Source of the DNA: Escherichia coli
GTDB taxonomy: Bacteria; Pseudomonadota; Gammaproteobacteria; Enterobacterales; Enterobacteriaceae
NCBI RefSeq assembly: GCF_022846255.1
Contig: NZ_AP025682.1
DNA length: 64,000 nucleotides
Strand: one strand, 5' to 3'
Both the position numbers and the translations under genes were made by a program. Each line of letters starts with the position of its first letter. Position 1 is the first letter of the stretch. The notes below the pieces were generated by a model, which saw nothing but the letters and a program-made list of their open reading frames with translations, was not told the origin of the DNA and made no database searches. Of this stretch, positions 30,673-42,033 are shown in pieces.

Positions 30673-31469
30673 CAATAAACAAAACTCACAGGTGCAGCAC
30701 CCGCCGGATGCGGCAGAATACCCATCGGGATGCCATAAATCATTTCGAGGGTTTCGCCGCGCATAATTTCCGCAGGCGTTCCCTGAGCAATCATTTCACC
30801 GCCGCGCAGGGCGACCAGATAATCACAGTAGCGCGCCGCCATATTGATATCGTGCAGCACGGCAATGACCGTCAGGCCACGCTCCTGACTTAAACGATGC
30901 ACCAGCGCCAGTACATCAACCTGGTGGGCGATATCCAGCGCCGAAGTCGGTTCGTCGAGCAACAGACAGCGGCTATCCTGCGCCACCAGCATGGCGATCC
31001 ACGCCCGCTGACGTTCGCCGCCAGAAAGGCTATCGACCAGCCGATGCGCCAGCGGTTTTAAGCCAACCAGCGAGATAGCTTCCTCGACCTTTTCGCGATC
31101 TGCCGCACCAAAGCGCCCTAGTGCGCCATGCCACGGGTAACGACCAATCGCCACCAGTTCACGCACGGTCATCCCTTCTGCCGGAGGAAGCTGCTGCGGT
31201 AAATAAGCCACTTTGCGGGCAAACGCTTTGCTGCTCCAGCTTTCCAGCGGTTGGGCATCAAGAAGAATCTCCCCTTCCGACGGTGGCTGGTGACGACCAA
31301 GCATTTTGAGCAGAGTGGATTTACCAGAACCGTTGTGACCAATCAGACCAGTCACTTTCCCGGCAGGAAAGGTTAACGACAACGGATGCAAAAGCGTGCG
31401 CCCGGGCACACGAAAGGAGATATTACGCAGTGCAAAAGTGGTATCGGAATGATTCGTGTATTCCTGCAT
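30672..31469 (-). CDS. fhuC: ferric hydroxamate ABC transporter ATP-binding protein FhuC
   Basis: ORF track 300 aa is over-extended; canonical start MQEYTNHSDTTFALRNISFRVPGRTLLHPLSLTFPAGKVTGLIGHNGSGKST (Walker A) gives 265 aa. Confidence 0.94.
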   Translation of the reverse strand: MQEYTNHSDTTFALRNISFRVPGRTLLHPLSLTFPAGKVTGLIGHNGSGKSTLLKMLGRHQPPSEGEILLDAQPLESWSSKAFARKVAYLPQQLPPAEGMTVRELVAIGRYPWHGALGRFGAADREKVEEAISLVGLKPLAHRLVDSLSGGERQRAWIAMLVAQDSRCLLLDEPTSALDIAHQVDVLALVHRLSQERGLTVIAVLHDINMAARYCDYLVALRGGEMIAQGTPAEIMRGETLEMIYGIPMGILPHPAGAAPVSFVY

Positions 31470-31519
31470 AACAGCCAACTTGTGAAACGGGCACGGAAAT
31501 CCGTGCCCCAAAAGAGAAA

Positions 31520-33778
31520 TTAGAAACGGAAGGTTGCGGTTGCAACGACCTGACGTTCTGCGCCCCAGAAGCAACCATAAGTGTTAAAGCAGCTGGCGAC
31601 GTATTCACGATCAAACAGGTTGTTGACATGCAGCGCCACGTTGGAGCCCGCCATGCCGACTCGCGCCAGATCATAACGCACTAACGCATCCACGACCGTA
31701 TAACTTCCCACTTTAAAGGAGTTAGCCGGATCACCATAGCTGGAGCCAGTATAACGACCACCGGTGCCCAGCGTCAGACCTGAAAGCGGACCGTCAAAGA
31801 AGGTATAGTCAGCCCACAGCGAAGCCATGTGTTTTGGCACCTGTGCAGGCGTATTGCCTTTGTAGGTAGTATCGGTAGTGTATTCCGCATCGGTGTAAGT
31901 ATAAGAACCGACTACGTTAACACTCGCCGACAGTGCCGCTTTCGCTTCCAGCTCTACGCCACGCGCACGAATCTCACCGCCTTCAACCGAGAACAGTGAA
32001 CCGTTCGGATCCGCCATCAGGTTATTAGTTTTGGTAAGCTGATACAGTGCGCCAGTCACCACAATTGGGCGATCTTCTGGCACATATTTCACGCCGACTT
32101 CATACTGTTTGCCTTTCGAAGGTGCAAACAGATCACCGTTCGCATCAGTCTGTGAAGCGGGTTCAAATGATTCACTGTAGCTGAAGTAAGGCGTTACGCC
32201 GTTGTCGAACAGGTAGTTTACACCACCACGCCAGGTGAACTCTTTGTCGTCACGTTCAGATTTATTACCGTAATCACGGTTGAAAGATGACTGATCGGCC
32301 CAGTCATAGCGACCGCCAAGCGTAACCAGCACTTTATCCCACTGCGCCTGATCCTGAACATACAGGCCGGTTTGTTTCTGTTTCAGCAGAACGCGGTATG
32401 GACCAGACGGATTCGGGTGAGCGCCAAAATCAAAGTCACTACGGTCTAAATTATAGATATCAGATGGTGCAACTGAACCGGCATATCCGAACCAGGAGTC
32501 GATGTCATTACGCATACGCATAAAGTCAACGCCAGTCAGCAGAGTGTGATCCACAGAACCGGTTGCGAATTTGCTTTGCAACTGAGTATCAACAGAGAAG
32601 TTTTCTAACTTCTCATTATCGATAACGTACTGACGAGTCAGTGTATGGCCCCATTGAGACTGCGGGATACTTAAACATGGACTCGCCTTGAGTGCCTCCT
32701 GGTCTTTGGTATACAGCGGATCTGAACACATACCGTAGCCATATACGCTCTTTTGCGAAACTTTATTTTGCGCAAAGCGCAGGTTCTGACGCACAGTAAA
32801 GGTGTCGTTAAATTCGTGGTCGAAGCTATAACCAATCATCTTCTCGTTACGAGAATAGGTGTTGTTCTTCGCCCCTTCGTTAAAGTCTGTCGGCAGACGC
32901 TTACCGTTTGGCAGCGGCTCAACGGTCCCCTCTTTCGGCAGCCAGCCGTAATAACCAGTTTCCGGCTCGTTCTGGAAGTAAGAAAGGAAGGTGAAATTGG
33001 TTTTATCGTCCGGACGCCAGGTGAACGCCGGTGCAATAGCATAACGCTGCTCTTCTGACCCTTTCTGCTGGGCATTGGCAGAACGCGCAAGACCGGTCAG
33101 GCGATAAGAATAAACGCCGTCATCATCCAGTGCATCGCTGAAGTCAAAACCGGTCTGGAACAGGCTGTCAGTCCCGGCCTTAAACTGAACTTCTTTCAAC
33201 GGTTCAGTGGTCGGACGCTTGCTGACCATATTCAACAGACCGCCAGGACTGCTTTTACCGTAAAGCACGGAAACCGGGCCACGCATAATTTCAGCACGTT
33301 CCAGCATATACGGGTCGATGACCGCATCGTTATAGAAGTTGCCCTGCAACTTCAGGCCATTCAGATAGTTATTCTGGCTTTGGCCGTCTGCCGCAAATCC
33401 GCGGATGATCAGGTAATCATAAGTATTAGATGCGCCACGGGTTCCCACAGCAACGCCAGGGGTATAGCTAAGCGCTTCTTTCACCGACTTAGGCTGATGC
33501 AGCGCCATCTCTTCAGCGGTGACGACAGAAATAGATTGAGGTACTTTTTGAATCGGCGTATCGGTTTTAGTGCCGGTAGCTGACTGTCGCGCCGCAATAG
33601 TTGCAGCCGGCCCCCATGCGCTTTCTTGCGGCGCAGGTGCAGCGGTAACGGTGATAGTGTCTTCTTTCGGTTCAACCGCTGCCTGTGCATAAACAGACAT
33701 GCCGCTAACCGCTGTGGCTACTACAACTGCGATTTTACGCAGTGAGTGTTTTGGCTGAGCAGTTTTGGAAGGTGCCAT
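31520..33778 (-). CDS. fhuA: TonB-dependent ferrichrome outer membrane transporter FhuA (variant allele)
   Basis: ORF track 794 aa over-extended; start at internal Met MAPSKTAQPKHSLRKIAVVVATAVSGMSVYAQA (signal peptide) gives about 752 aa; TonB box DTITVTA, plug domain and C-terminal ...ATATFRF barrel terminus; middle third differs from the K-12 sequence as I recall it. Confidence 0.93.
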   Translation of the reverse strand: MAPSKTAQPKHSLRKIAVVVATAVSGMSVYAQAAVEPKEDTITVTAAPAPQESAWGPAATIAARQSATGTKTDTPIQKVPQSISVVTAEEMALHQPKSVKEALSYTPGVAVGTRGASNTYDYLIIRGFAADGQSQNNYLNGLKLQGNFYNDAVIDPYMLERAEIMRGPVSVLYGKSSPGGLLNMVSKRPTTEPLKEVQFKAGTDSLFQTGFDFSDALDDDGVYSYRLTGLARSANAQQKGSEEQRYAIAPAFTWRPDDKTNFTFLSYFQNEPETGYYGWLPKEGTVEPLPNGKRLPTDFNEGAKNNTYSRNEKMIGYSFDHEFNDTFTVRQNLRFAQNKVSQKSVYGYGMCSDPLYTKDQEALKASPCLSIPQSQWGHTLTRQYVIDNEKLENFSVDTQLQSKFATGSVDHTLLTGVDFMRMRNDIDSWFGYAGSVAPSDIYNLDRSDFDFGAHPNPSGPYRVLLKQKQTGLYVQDQAQWDKVLVTLGGRYDWADQSSFNRDYGNKSERDDKEFTWRGGVNYLFDNGVTPYFSYSESFEPASQTDANGDLFAPSKGKQYEVGVKYVPEDRPIVVTGALYQLTKTNNLMADPNGSLFSVEGGEIRARGVELEAKAALSASVNVVGSYTYTDAEYTTDTTYKGNTPAQVPKHMASLWADYTFFDGPLSGLTLGTGGRYTGSSYGDPANSFKVGSYTVVDALVRYDLARVGMAGSNVALHVNNLFDREYVASCFNTYGCFWGAERQVVATATFRF

Positions 33779-33794
33779 TGGTATTTCTCTAGTG

Positions 33795-33850
33795 TAAAGT
33801 GAATGATAACGTAAACGAGAATGATTATTATAAAGATGAGATAATATTCG
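33795..33850 (-). promoter_or_regulatory. Fur box / fhuA promoter region
   Basis: Reverse strand reads TTATAATAATCATTCTCGTTTACGTTATCATTCACTTTACA about 20-60 bp upstream of the fhuA start; resembles the GATAATGATAATCATTATC Fur consensus and the known iron-regulated fhuA promoter. Confidence 0.65.
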
Positions 33851-33997
33851 AAACGCTGGCGGGTTCGCAAGCGGTACGCAATCTGCGCATTCCTGAAGGG
33901 TCAATAAACAATCAGATGAAAAGAAAGGGTTAATACTTTGGAGGGGATGTTATTTTACCGGATGGCAGCTCGCCATCCGGTATATCACGCTTAGACG

Positions 33998-36532
33998 TTA
34001 ATTACTCCCAAACATATCTTTAATCCAACCGGCTACACCGTCGCTGTCTTTCTGCTCTTGCTGAGCAGGTTGCTGTTGCGGCTGTTGCTGCGGCTGAGAA
34101 GACTGATCAAACGGATTGCCTGACGGTTGCTGCTGCATCTCACTCTGCTGGCACAGCGATTGCGGATCGCTGGTCCAGACCGGCAAGACACGCATACCAC
34201 CGCTGCAAACAAAGTTGCCGTCGTAGTCCACGCCCATATCTGCAATATCTTCTGGCGGAACAAGATTCAGCGGCGTTGGCGTCTGGTTAGCCAGATAACG
34301 CTGATAAATCGACATTGCCCCGCTGGCACCATACAGTTTGGTCGGCTGGTTGTTATCACGGCCGACCCAGGTGATGGTCACCGTGCTCCCATCAATGCCC
34401 GCAAACCAGGTATCTACGTTATTGTTGGTAGTCCCTGTTTTCCCTGCCAGATGCAGGTTCGGGTATTTCGCCCCAAGCTGACGTCCCGTACCGCGTTGTA
34501 CAACCTGCTGCATGGTCCATAGTGTCAGATACGCCGCCTGCGCCGGAACAGCGCGTTCCGCCTGCGGGAAGCTCTGATACAACACCTTGCCGTCTTCTGC
34601 GATGACTGAACGTAGCGCGGAAAGCGGAGCACGATTACCACCGCTGGCGATAGTCTGGAAGGCCTGCGCCACTTCGATTGGCGTTAAGTTCAACGCCCCC
34701 AACAACATTGCTGGAACTGGATTCAGTTGATCTTTCGGCACACCCAGTTTAATCCAGGTCTCCGTAACCGCAGGCAGCCCCAACGCCATGCCCAGATTCA
34801 CCGTCGGCACGTTCATCGAACGGGTCAACGCATCTACCAGCATCACCCTGCCACTTTCGCTATAACGACGATCATCGTTCTGCGGTGACCAGACCTGGCC
34901 ATTCGGCTGACGCAGCGCGATTGGCGCATCGGCAATCCACGTATTTAAACGATATATTTTCGGCTGGCTTAAGGCCGTTAGATAAGTCGCTGGTTTTGCA
35001 AGGGAACCAATCGAACGACGCGCCTGCATCGCACGATTGTAGCCCGCAAACTGCGGCTCAGAACCACCGACCATCGCACGAACTTCACCGCTAAAGCGGT
35101 CAACAACCACAATCGCGGTTTCAAGATCGCTCAACTTACGCTGTTTCTTCAGTGCCGGAATGCCTTCCACGGCGGCTTTTTCTGCCGCGTCCTGGGCCAC
35201 CGAGTCAAAGGTAGTGAAGATCTTCACGCCGGAGAGATCTTTTACCTTATCGCCTAATTTCGCCTGCAGCTCCTGACGCACCAGCTGCATAAAGGCTGGC
35301 TGAGGAGAGATCACCCCACCGCGCGGCTGAACACCCAGCGGACGCGCACTCAGCATGTCGTAGAGTTCTTGATCAATAATTTGTTGCTGTTGCAGCAAAC
35401 GTAGTACCAGGTTACGTCGCTCCAGCGCCAGTTTCGGGTTACGCCACGGGTTGTAGATGGACGCCCCTTTCACCATACCCACCAACAGCGCCTGCTGATC
35501 GAGGCTCAATTCTTCTACCGGGCGACCAAAGTAATACAAGCTCGCCAGCGGGAAGCCGCGGATTTCGTTGTCGCCGCTCTGACCGAGATACACCTCGTTC
35601 ATATACAGCTCAAGAATACGGTCTTTGCTGTAACGCGCGTCCATGATCAGCGCCATGTAGGCTTCGTTCGCTTTACGCCAGTAAGAACGCTCGCTGGAGA
35701 GGAACAAGTTTTTAACCAACTGTTGCGTCAGCGTACTCGCCCCCTGCACCGTGCGTCCGGCAGTCAGGTTTGCCAGCACCGCACGTCCGATTGAGTAGAG
35801 ACTGATCCCATCATGCTCGTAGAAATGACGGTCTTCTGTCGCCAGCAAAGTATCCACCAGCAAATCCGGGAAACCACTGCGCGGCACAAACAGACGCTGC
35901 TCACCGTTTGGCGAAGAAATCATGGTGATCAGGCGCGGATCAAGACGGAAGAAACCGAACTGACGGTTGTTCTCCATATTGACGATCGTCGCCAGATGAT
36001 CGCCATCAAAGGTCAGACGTGCGCGCACCTGCCCTTCTTTGCTGTCCGGGAAATCAAACGGACGGCGGATCATCTCAATGCTGTTGGCCTGTACGGTAAA
36101 CTCACCAGGACGGGTCATTTTCGAGACCTGGCGATACTGGGTCGCCTCCAGCAGCTTCACCATCTCGTTCTTGCTGATGGTCATGTCTGGCTCAAGGTTG
36201 ACCATTCGGCCATAAACTGCCGCGGGCAATTGCCAGACCTTGCCATCAATACGGCTGCGAATTTTTTGATCGAGATAAACGCCGTAAATGGCGATCAGCA
36301 CGGCAAAAACGATAGCCAGTTTTAGCAGCAGCCATAGCCAGCCGCGTTTGCCACGAGGCTTACGCCCTTTGCCTTTGCCCTTACCTTTGCGCGGCATCGG
36401 TTCTTCATCCTCATAGTCATCATAATCGTCGTAATCATCGTCATCTTCGTAACGACGACGGCTTACCTTTTGTTTGACCGGACGCGTCGGTTTCCCTTTG
36501 CGTCCAATTGGCTCGCGGTCATTCCCGGCCAT
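33998..36532 (-). CDS. mrcB: penicillin-binding protein 1B (bifunctional glycosyltransferase/transpeptidase)
   Basis: ORF track 849 aa; canonical start [23 protein letters not shown] gives 844 aa; acidic/basic low-complexity N-terminus, UB2H, GT51 and transpeptidase domains, Q-rich C-terminus. Confidence 0.95.
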   Translation of the reverse strand: MAGNDREPIGRKGKPTRPVKQKVSRRRYEDDDDYDDYDDYEDEEPMPRKGKGKGKGRKPRGKRGWLWLLLKLAIVFAVLIAIYGVYLDQKIRSRIDGKVWQLPAAVYGRMVNLEPDMTISKNEMVKLLEATQYRQVSKMTRPGEFTVQANSIEMIRRPFDFPDSKEGQVRARLTFDGDHLATIVNMENNRQFGFFRLDPRLITMISSPNGEQRLFVPRSGFPDLLVDTLLATEDRHFYEHDGISLYSIGRAVLANLTAGRTVQGASTLTQQLVKNLFLSSERSYWRKANEAYMALIMDARYSKDRILELYMNEVYLGQSGDNEIRGFPLASLYYFGRPVEELSLDQQALLVGMVKGASIYNPWRNPKLALERRNLVLRLLQQQQIIDQELYDMLSARPLGVQPRGGVISPQPAFMQLVRQELQAKLGDKVKDLSGVKIFTTFDSVAQDAAEKAAVEGIPALKKQRKLSDLETAIVVVDRFSGEVRAMVGGSEPQFAGYNRAMQARRSIGSLAKPATYLTALSQPKIYRLNTWIADAPIALRQPNGQVWSPQNDDRRYSESGRVMLVDALTRSMNVPTVNLGMALGLPAVTETWIKLGVPKDQLNPVPAMLLGALNLTPIEVAQAFQTIASGGNRAPLSALRSVIAEDGKVLYQSFPQAERAVPAQAAYLTLWTMQQVVQRGTGRQLGAKYPNLHLAGKTGTTNNNVDTWFAGIDGSTVTITWVGRDNNQPTKLYGASGAMSIYQRYLANQTPTPLNLVPPEDIADMGVDYDGNFVCSGGMRVLPVWTSDPQSLCQQSEMQQQPSGNPFDQSSQPQQQPQQQPAQQEQKDSDGVAGWIKDMFGSN

Positions 36533-36625
36533 GCTTTTTCTCCGCAATATTCAGGCGCAAAAGCCCGATTTTCTGTTCTTCTGTTGCAAGACAGAAGAAG
36601 ATATCTCTCAAATTTGCTTTGGTCT

Positions 36626-39055
36626 TCACGAATACTTTTTCGTTCGTCGCGTCGGTGCGGTGTTTGCCGGGTCGTCCGGCCAGACATGTTTGGGATAACG
36701 CCCTTTCATCTCTTTTTGCACCTCACGGTACGCTCCTTTCCAGAAGGCGCTCAAATCACGCGTGATTTGCAGCGGCCTTTGGGCAGGGGAAAGCAACTCC
36801 AGCACCAACGGTACGCGCCCCTGGGCGATAGTCGGATTAGTGGCCTCACCAAACATCTCCTGCATTCTCACCGCCAGCGCGGGCGGGTTATCTTCATGGT
36901 AACGAATGGCGATCCGGCTTCCCGTCGGCACAGTGTAATGCGCAGGCAATTCACTATCCAGACGTTGCTGCATTACCCAATCAAGTAATCCACGCAGTGC
37001 CTGATAAATATCGAGTGATTTCAGGCCGCGTAGCGAATGTACGCCTGTCATATGCGGCAGTAGCCACGTTTCCAGCGTCGCCAACAAACTTTCATCATCA
37101 ACCGCTGGCCAGTCATATTCCGGCAACCACTTTGCGGCGCATAACAAACGCAAGCGTAGCTGTTCCGCTTCCGCCGTCCAGTTGAGCACGCTTAAACCTT
37201 TATCACGAATGCCGTTAAGCATCGCCTGATGCAACTCGTCTTCCGAGGGTTTCGCCAGCGGTTGCACTTTTACCGTCAACTGACCAATTTGCAGCCGACG
37301 CCAGGCTTTCAGCGTACCTTGCGCGTCATCCCACTCCACGGTGTCCGATTGCTGTACCAGCTGCGGGCAGCGTTGTACTAACTCATCAATATCGACCGGC
37401 AGCGCCAGTAAAATCCGTGCATCCGGTGAGGCGCTGCCCTGCAATAATAACGGTGCGATCAACCATTCGTGGCGGCTTAGCGCATCGTCGGCATCGAGCA
37501 TCGCCCCCATGCCGTTCGCCAGTTGATAGCGTTCATCTTGCCCACGGCGACGAGCAATGCGATCGGCATACGCTCTGGCAAGTAGCGGCGCGATAAGCGA
37601 ACTGTCTGCCTCACCGCCGCGTACGTTTAAGCGTTTTAACAGTTGCTGACTACGTTGCTGCCAGGCGGGTTGATTGCGCGAAAAAGCCACGCCCAGGTCA
37701 CTATTGCCCATCCGTGGCGGCTCTTCGAGAATGGCGGCAATTTTTGCCGCGGTAGCAGCTTCGTCGTCGTTCTTCGCGCTAACCAGCATTGCCGCTAAAC
37801 GCGGATCGTTACCCAGCGCTGCCATTTTTTGCCCTTGCGCGCTTAGGCGTTCACCGTCCAGCGCCCCCAGCATCCGTAACAGGCGTTTCGCGGCCAGTAG
37901 ATTCACCGTTGGCGGTTGATCCATCCAGCTCATCTGCGCCGGATCGCTGCATCCCCATTGCAGTAATTCCATCAGCAAACCGGAAAGATCGCTTTGTAAG
38001 ATCTCCGGTTCACTTTGTGCGGCAGCGCGTTCTGCTTGTTCTTTGGCGATTAAATGCAGGCAGATACCCGGCTCCAGACGCCCGGCACGCCCGGCACGTT
38101 GCGTCATCGACGCCTGACTAACGCGTTGAGTAACCAGCCGCGTAAGCCCTGTACGCGGATCAAAACGCGCCACCCTTTCCTGGGCACAATCCACCACCAG
38201 ACGAATACCTTCGATGGTTAAACTTGTTTCAGCAATATTGGTCGCCAGCACCACTTTACGCATCCCTTGCGGTGCCGGGAGGATCGCTTTTCGCTGATCG
38301 TTCAGCGACAACGCGCCATACAGCGGGCAGAGCAACACATCACTGCCGATGCGTGAAGCCAGTTGTTCCTGCACACGCTGAATTTCTCCGACGCCAGGTA
38401 AAAATAACAGTAATGATCCATTTTCCTGACGCAGCATTTCGGCGGTGGCAACCGCGACGGCTTCGTCAAAACGCTGATGAGCGGGCAGCGGCAAATAACG
38501 GCGTTCAACCGGAAACGAGCGCCCTTCTGAGATGACGACGGGCGCTTCTGGCAGCATTTGCTGCAAGCGGTCGTTGTCCAGCGTAGCCGACATAATCAGC
38601 AGTTTAAGGTCATCACGCAGACCTTGTTGCACATCGAGTAACAGCGCCAACGCCAAATCCGCCTGCAAGCTGCGCTCATGAAATTCATCAAGGATCACCA
38701 ATCCAACACCGCTCAGTTCCGGGTCACGCTGGATCATCCGCGTCAGCACGCCTTCGGTAACCACTTCCAGGCGGGTATTCGGCCCGACGCAGTTTTGCGC
38801 ACGCATCCGGTAGCCAACGGTATCGCCTGGCTTTTCGTTAAGCAGCTCCGCCAGTCGTTGCGCAACGTTACGCGCCGCCAGACGACGCGGCTCCAGCAGG
38901 ATAATTTTCCCGTTAATGCCGGGATGCGCCAGCAGTTGCAGCGGCAGCCAGGTTGATTTCCCGGCCCCGGTCGGCGCACTTAATAACACCTGCGATGCAC
39001 CATCGAGGGCAGCAAGTAACTCAGGTAAGACGGCAGCAACGGGCAACGACGACAC
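36626..39055 (-). CDS. hrpB: ATP-dependent DEAH-box RNA helicase HrpB
   Basis: ORF track 824 aa; probable GTG start at codon 16 (VSSLPVAAVLPELLAALDGASQVLLSAPTGAGKST), about 809 aa; DEFH box (ILDEFHERS) present. Confidence 0.9.
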   Translation of the reverse strand: MSSLPVAAVLPELLAALDGASQVLLSAPTGAGKSTWLPLQLLAHPGINGKIILLEPRRLAARNVAQRLAELLNEKPGDTVGYRMRAQNCVGPNTRLEVVTEGVLTRMIQRDPELSGVGLVILDEFHERSLQADLALALLLDVQQGLRDDLKLLIMSATLDNDRLQQMLPEAPVVISEGRSFPVERRYLPLPAHQRFDEAVAVATAEMLRQENGSLLLFLPGVGEIQRVQEQLASRIGSDVLLCPLYGALSLNDQRKAILPAPQGMRKVVLATNIAETSLTIEGIRLVVDCAQERVARFDPRTGLTRLVTQRVSQASMTQRAGRAGRLEPGICLHLIAKEQAERAAAQSEPEILQSDLSGLLMELLQWGCSDPAQMSWMDQPPTVNLLAAKRLLRMLGALDGERLSAQGQKMAALGNDPRLAAMLVSAKNDDEAATAAKIAAILEEPPRMGNSDLGVAFSRNQPAWQQRSQQLLKRLNVRGGEADSSLIAPLLARAYADRIARRRGQDERYQLANGMGAMLDADDALSRHEWLIAPLLLQGSASPDARILLALPVDIDELVQRCPQLVQQSDTVEWDDAQGTLKAWRRLQIGQLTVKVQPLAKPSEDELHQAMLNGIRDKGLSVLNWTAEAEQLRLRLLCAAKWLPEYDWPAVDDESLLATLETWLLPHMTGVHSLRGLKSLDIYQALRGLLDWVMQQRLDSELPAHYTVPTGSRIAIRYHEDNPPALAVRMQEMFGEATNPTIAQGRVPLVLELLSPAQRPLQITRDLSAFWKGAYREVQKEMKGRYPKHVWPDDPANTAPTRRTKKYS

Positions 39056-39128
39056 AAAACGCTCCAGAGGGTTAACATTCTTCGCGCCACATTGTAGCAT
39101 CGCGGTAATTCATAACCGAGTGCCTCAC

Positions 39129-40378
<1,250 letters not shown>

Positions 40379-40555
40379 TAGAGTAAGTGACTGGTTAATT
40401 TACATTCTGGTCGCGTGCGCAAATACGCTTTTCCTCACACAGTTGTCAAGTGTTACGTTTAGATAATTGCTATCCGGAAAAGCATCTGCTATTTATAGCG
40501 GCCTCATTTTTCCCCCGAACATGGGGATCGATAGTGCGTGTTAAGGAGAAGCAAC

Positions 40556-41011
40556 ATGCAAGAAGGGCAAAACCGTAAAACATCGTCCCTGAGTATTCTC
40601 GCCATCGCTGGGGTGGAACCATATCAGGAGAAGCCGGGCGAAGAGTATATGAATGAAGCCCAGCTGGCGCACTTCCGTCGTATTCTGGAAGCATGGCGTA
40701 ATCAACTCAGGGATGAAGTCGATCGCACCGTTACACATATGCAGGATGAAGCAGCCAACTTCCCGGACCCGGTAGACCGTGCAGCCCAGGAAGAAGAGTT
40801 CAGCCTCGAATTGCGTAACCGCGATCGCGAGCGTAAGCTGATCAAAAAGATCGAGAAGACGCTGAAAAAAGTGGAAGACGAAGATTTCGGCTACTGCGAA
40901 TCCTGCGGTGTTGAAATCGGTATTCGCCGTCTGGAAGCGCGCCCGACAGCCGATCTGTGCATCGACTGCAAAACGCTGGCTGAAATTCGCGAAAAACAGA
41001 TGGCTGGCTAA
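40556..41011 (+). CDS. dksA: RNA polymerase-binding transcription factor DksA
   Basis: Start at Met7 of track [54 protein letters not shown], 151 aa; C4 zinc finger [25 protein letters not shown]. Confidence 0.97.
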   Translation: MQEGQNRKTSSLSILAIAGVEPYQEKPGEEYMNEAQLAHFRRILEAWRNQLRDEVDRTVTHMQDEAANFPDPVDRAAQEEEFSLELRNRDRERKLIKKIEKTLKKVEDEDFGYCESCGVEIGIRRLEARPTADLCIDCKTLAEIREKQMAG

Positions 41012-41034
41012 TTACAGCCGTTCCATCACGTTTA

Positions 41035-41072
41035 CCACAGGCGGGAAATGCTCCCGCCTTATTTTTTGTTCA
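41035..41072 (+). terminator. dksA-gluQ intergenic terminator/attenuator
   Basis: GGCGGGAAATGCTCCCGCC hairpin followed by TTATTTTTTG; overlaps the first ATG of the gluQ ORF. Confidence 0.65.
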
Positions 41073-41974
41073 AAGAGATGACAGACACACACTATATTGG
41101 TCGCTTCGCCCCCTCTCCTTCCGGCGAGCTTCATTTTGGCTCTCTGATTGCCGCGCTTGGCAGCTATTTACAGGCTCGCGCCCGGCAAGGTCGCTGGCTG
41201 GTACGCATTGAAGATATCGACCCGCCTCGTGAAGTTCCCGGTGCCGCAGAAACTATCCTGCGCCAGCTGGAACATTACGGCCTGCACTGGGACGGCGACG
41301 TTCTCTGGCAATCGCAACGTCACCACGCCTATCGCGAAGCACTCGCCTGGTTACATGAGCAAGGACTAAGTTATTACTGCACCTGCACGCGTGCGCGTAT
41401 TCAAAGCATTGGCGGTATTTACGACGGTCATTGCCGGGATTTGCATCATGGACCAGACAACGCCGCAGTACGTATCCGCCAGCAGCATCCGGTCACCCAG
41501 TTTACTGACCTGCTGCGAGGCATTATTCACGCCGACGAAAAACTGGCACGGGAAGATTTTATTATTCATCGCCGTGATGGTTTGTTTGCCTATAACCTGG
41601 CGGTGGTGGTGGATGATCACTTCCAGGGCGTGAGCGAAATTGTCCGCGGGGCAGATTTGATCGAACCGACGGTGCGGCAAATCTCGCTGTACCAGCTTTT
41701 TGGCTGGAAAGTGCCAGATTACATCCATTTACCGCTGGCGCTTAATCCACAAGGCGCTAAACTTTCCAAGCAGAATCATGCGCCTGCGTTGCCGAAAGGC
41801 GATCCGCGCCCGGTGTTAATCGCGGCACTTCATTTTCTGGGTCAGCAGGTAGAAACACACTGGCAGGATTTCAGCGTCGAGCAAATCCTTCAGTCAGCCG
41901 TCAAAAACTGGACGCTGACCGCCGTGCCTGAGTCGGCAATTGTAAATTCAACATTCTCAAATGCGTCATGCTGA
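41048..41974 (+). CDS. gluQ: glutamyl-Q tRNA(Asp) synthetase (GluRS paralogue lacking anticodon-binding domain)
   Basis: 308 aa ORF containing [38 protein letters not shown] (HIGH-like motif) and KLSKQ; the first ATG (41048) lies inside the upstream terminator hairpin, an alternative in-frame ATG is at 41078. Confidence 0.9.
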   Translation: MLPPYFLFKEMTDTHYIGRFAPSPSGELHFGSLIAALGSYLQARARQGRWLVRIEDIDPPREVPGAAETILRQLEHYGLHWDGDVLWQSQRHHAYREALAWLHEQGLSYYCTCTRARIQSIGGIYDGHCRDLHHGPDNAAVRIRQQHPVTQFTDLLRGIIHADEKLAREDFIIHRRDGLFAYNLAVVVDDHFQGVSEIVRGADLIEPTVRQISLYQLFGWKVPDYIHLPLALNPQGAKLSKQNHAPALPKGDPRPVLIAALHFLGQQVETHWQDFSVEQILQSAVKNWTLTAVPESAIVNSTFSNASC

Positions 41975-42033
41975 GCTATGATTAGCCGCTATTTTTTTGT
42001 CCTGAATGATGTTTGACACTACCGAGGTGTACT

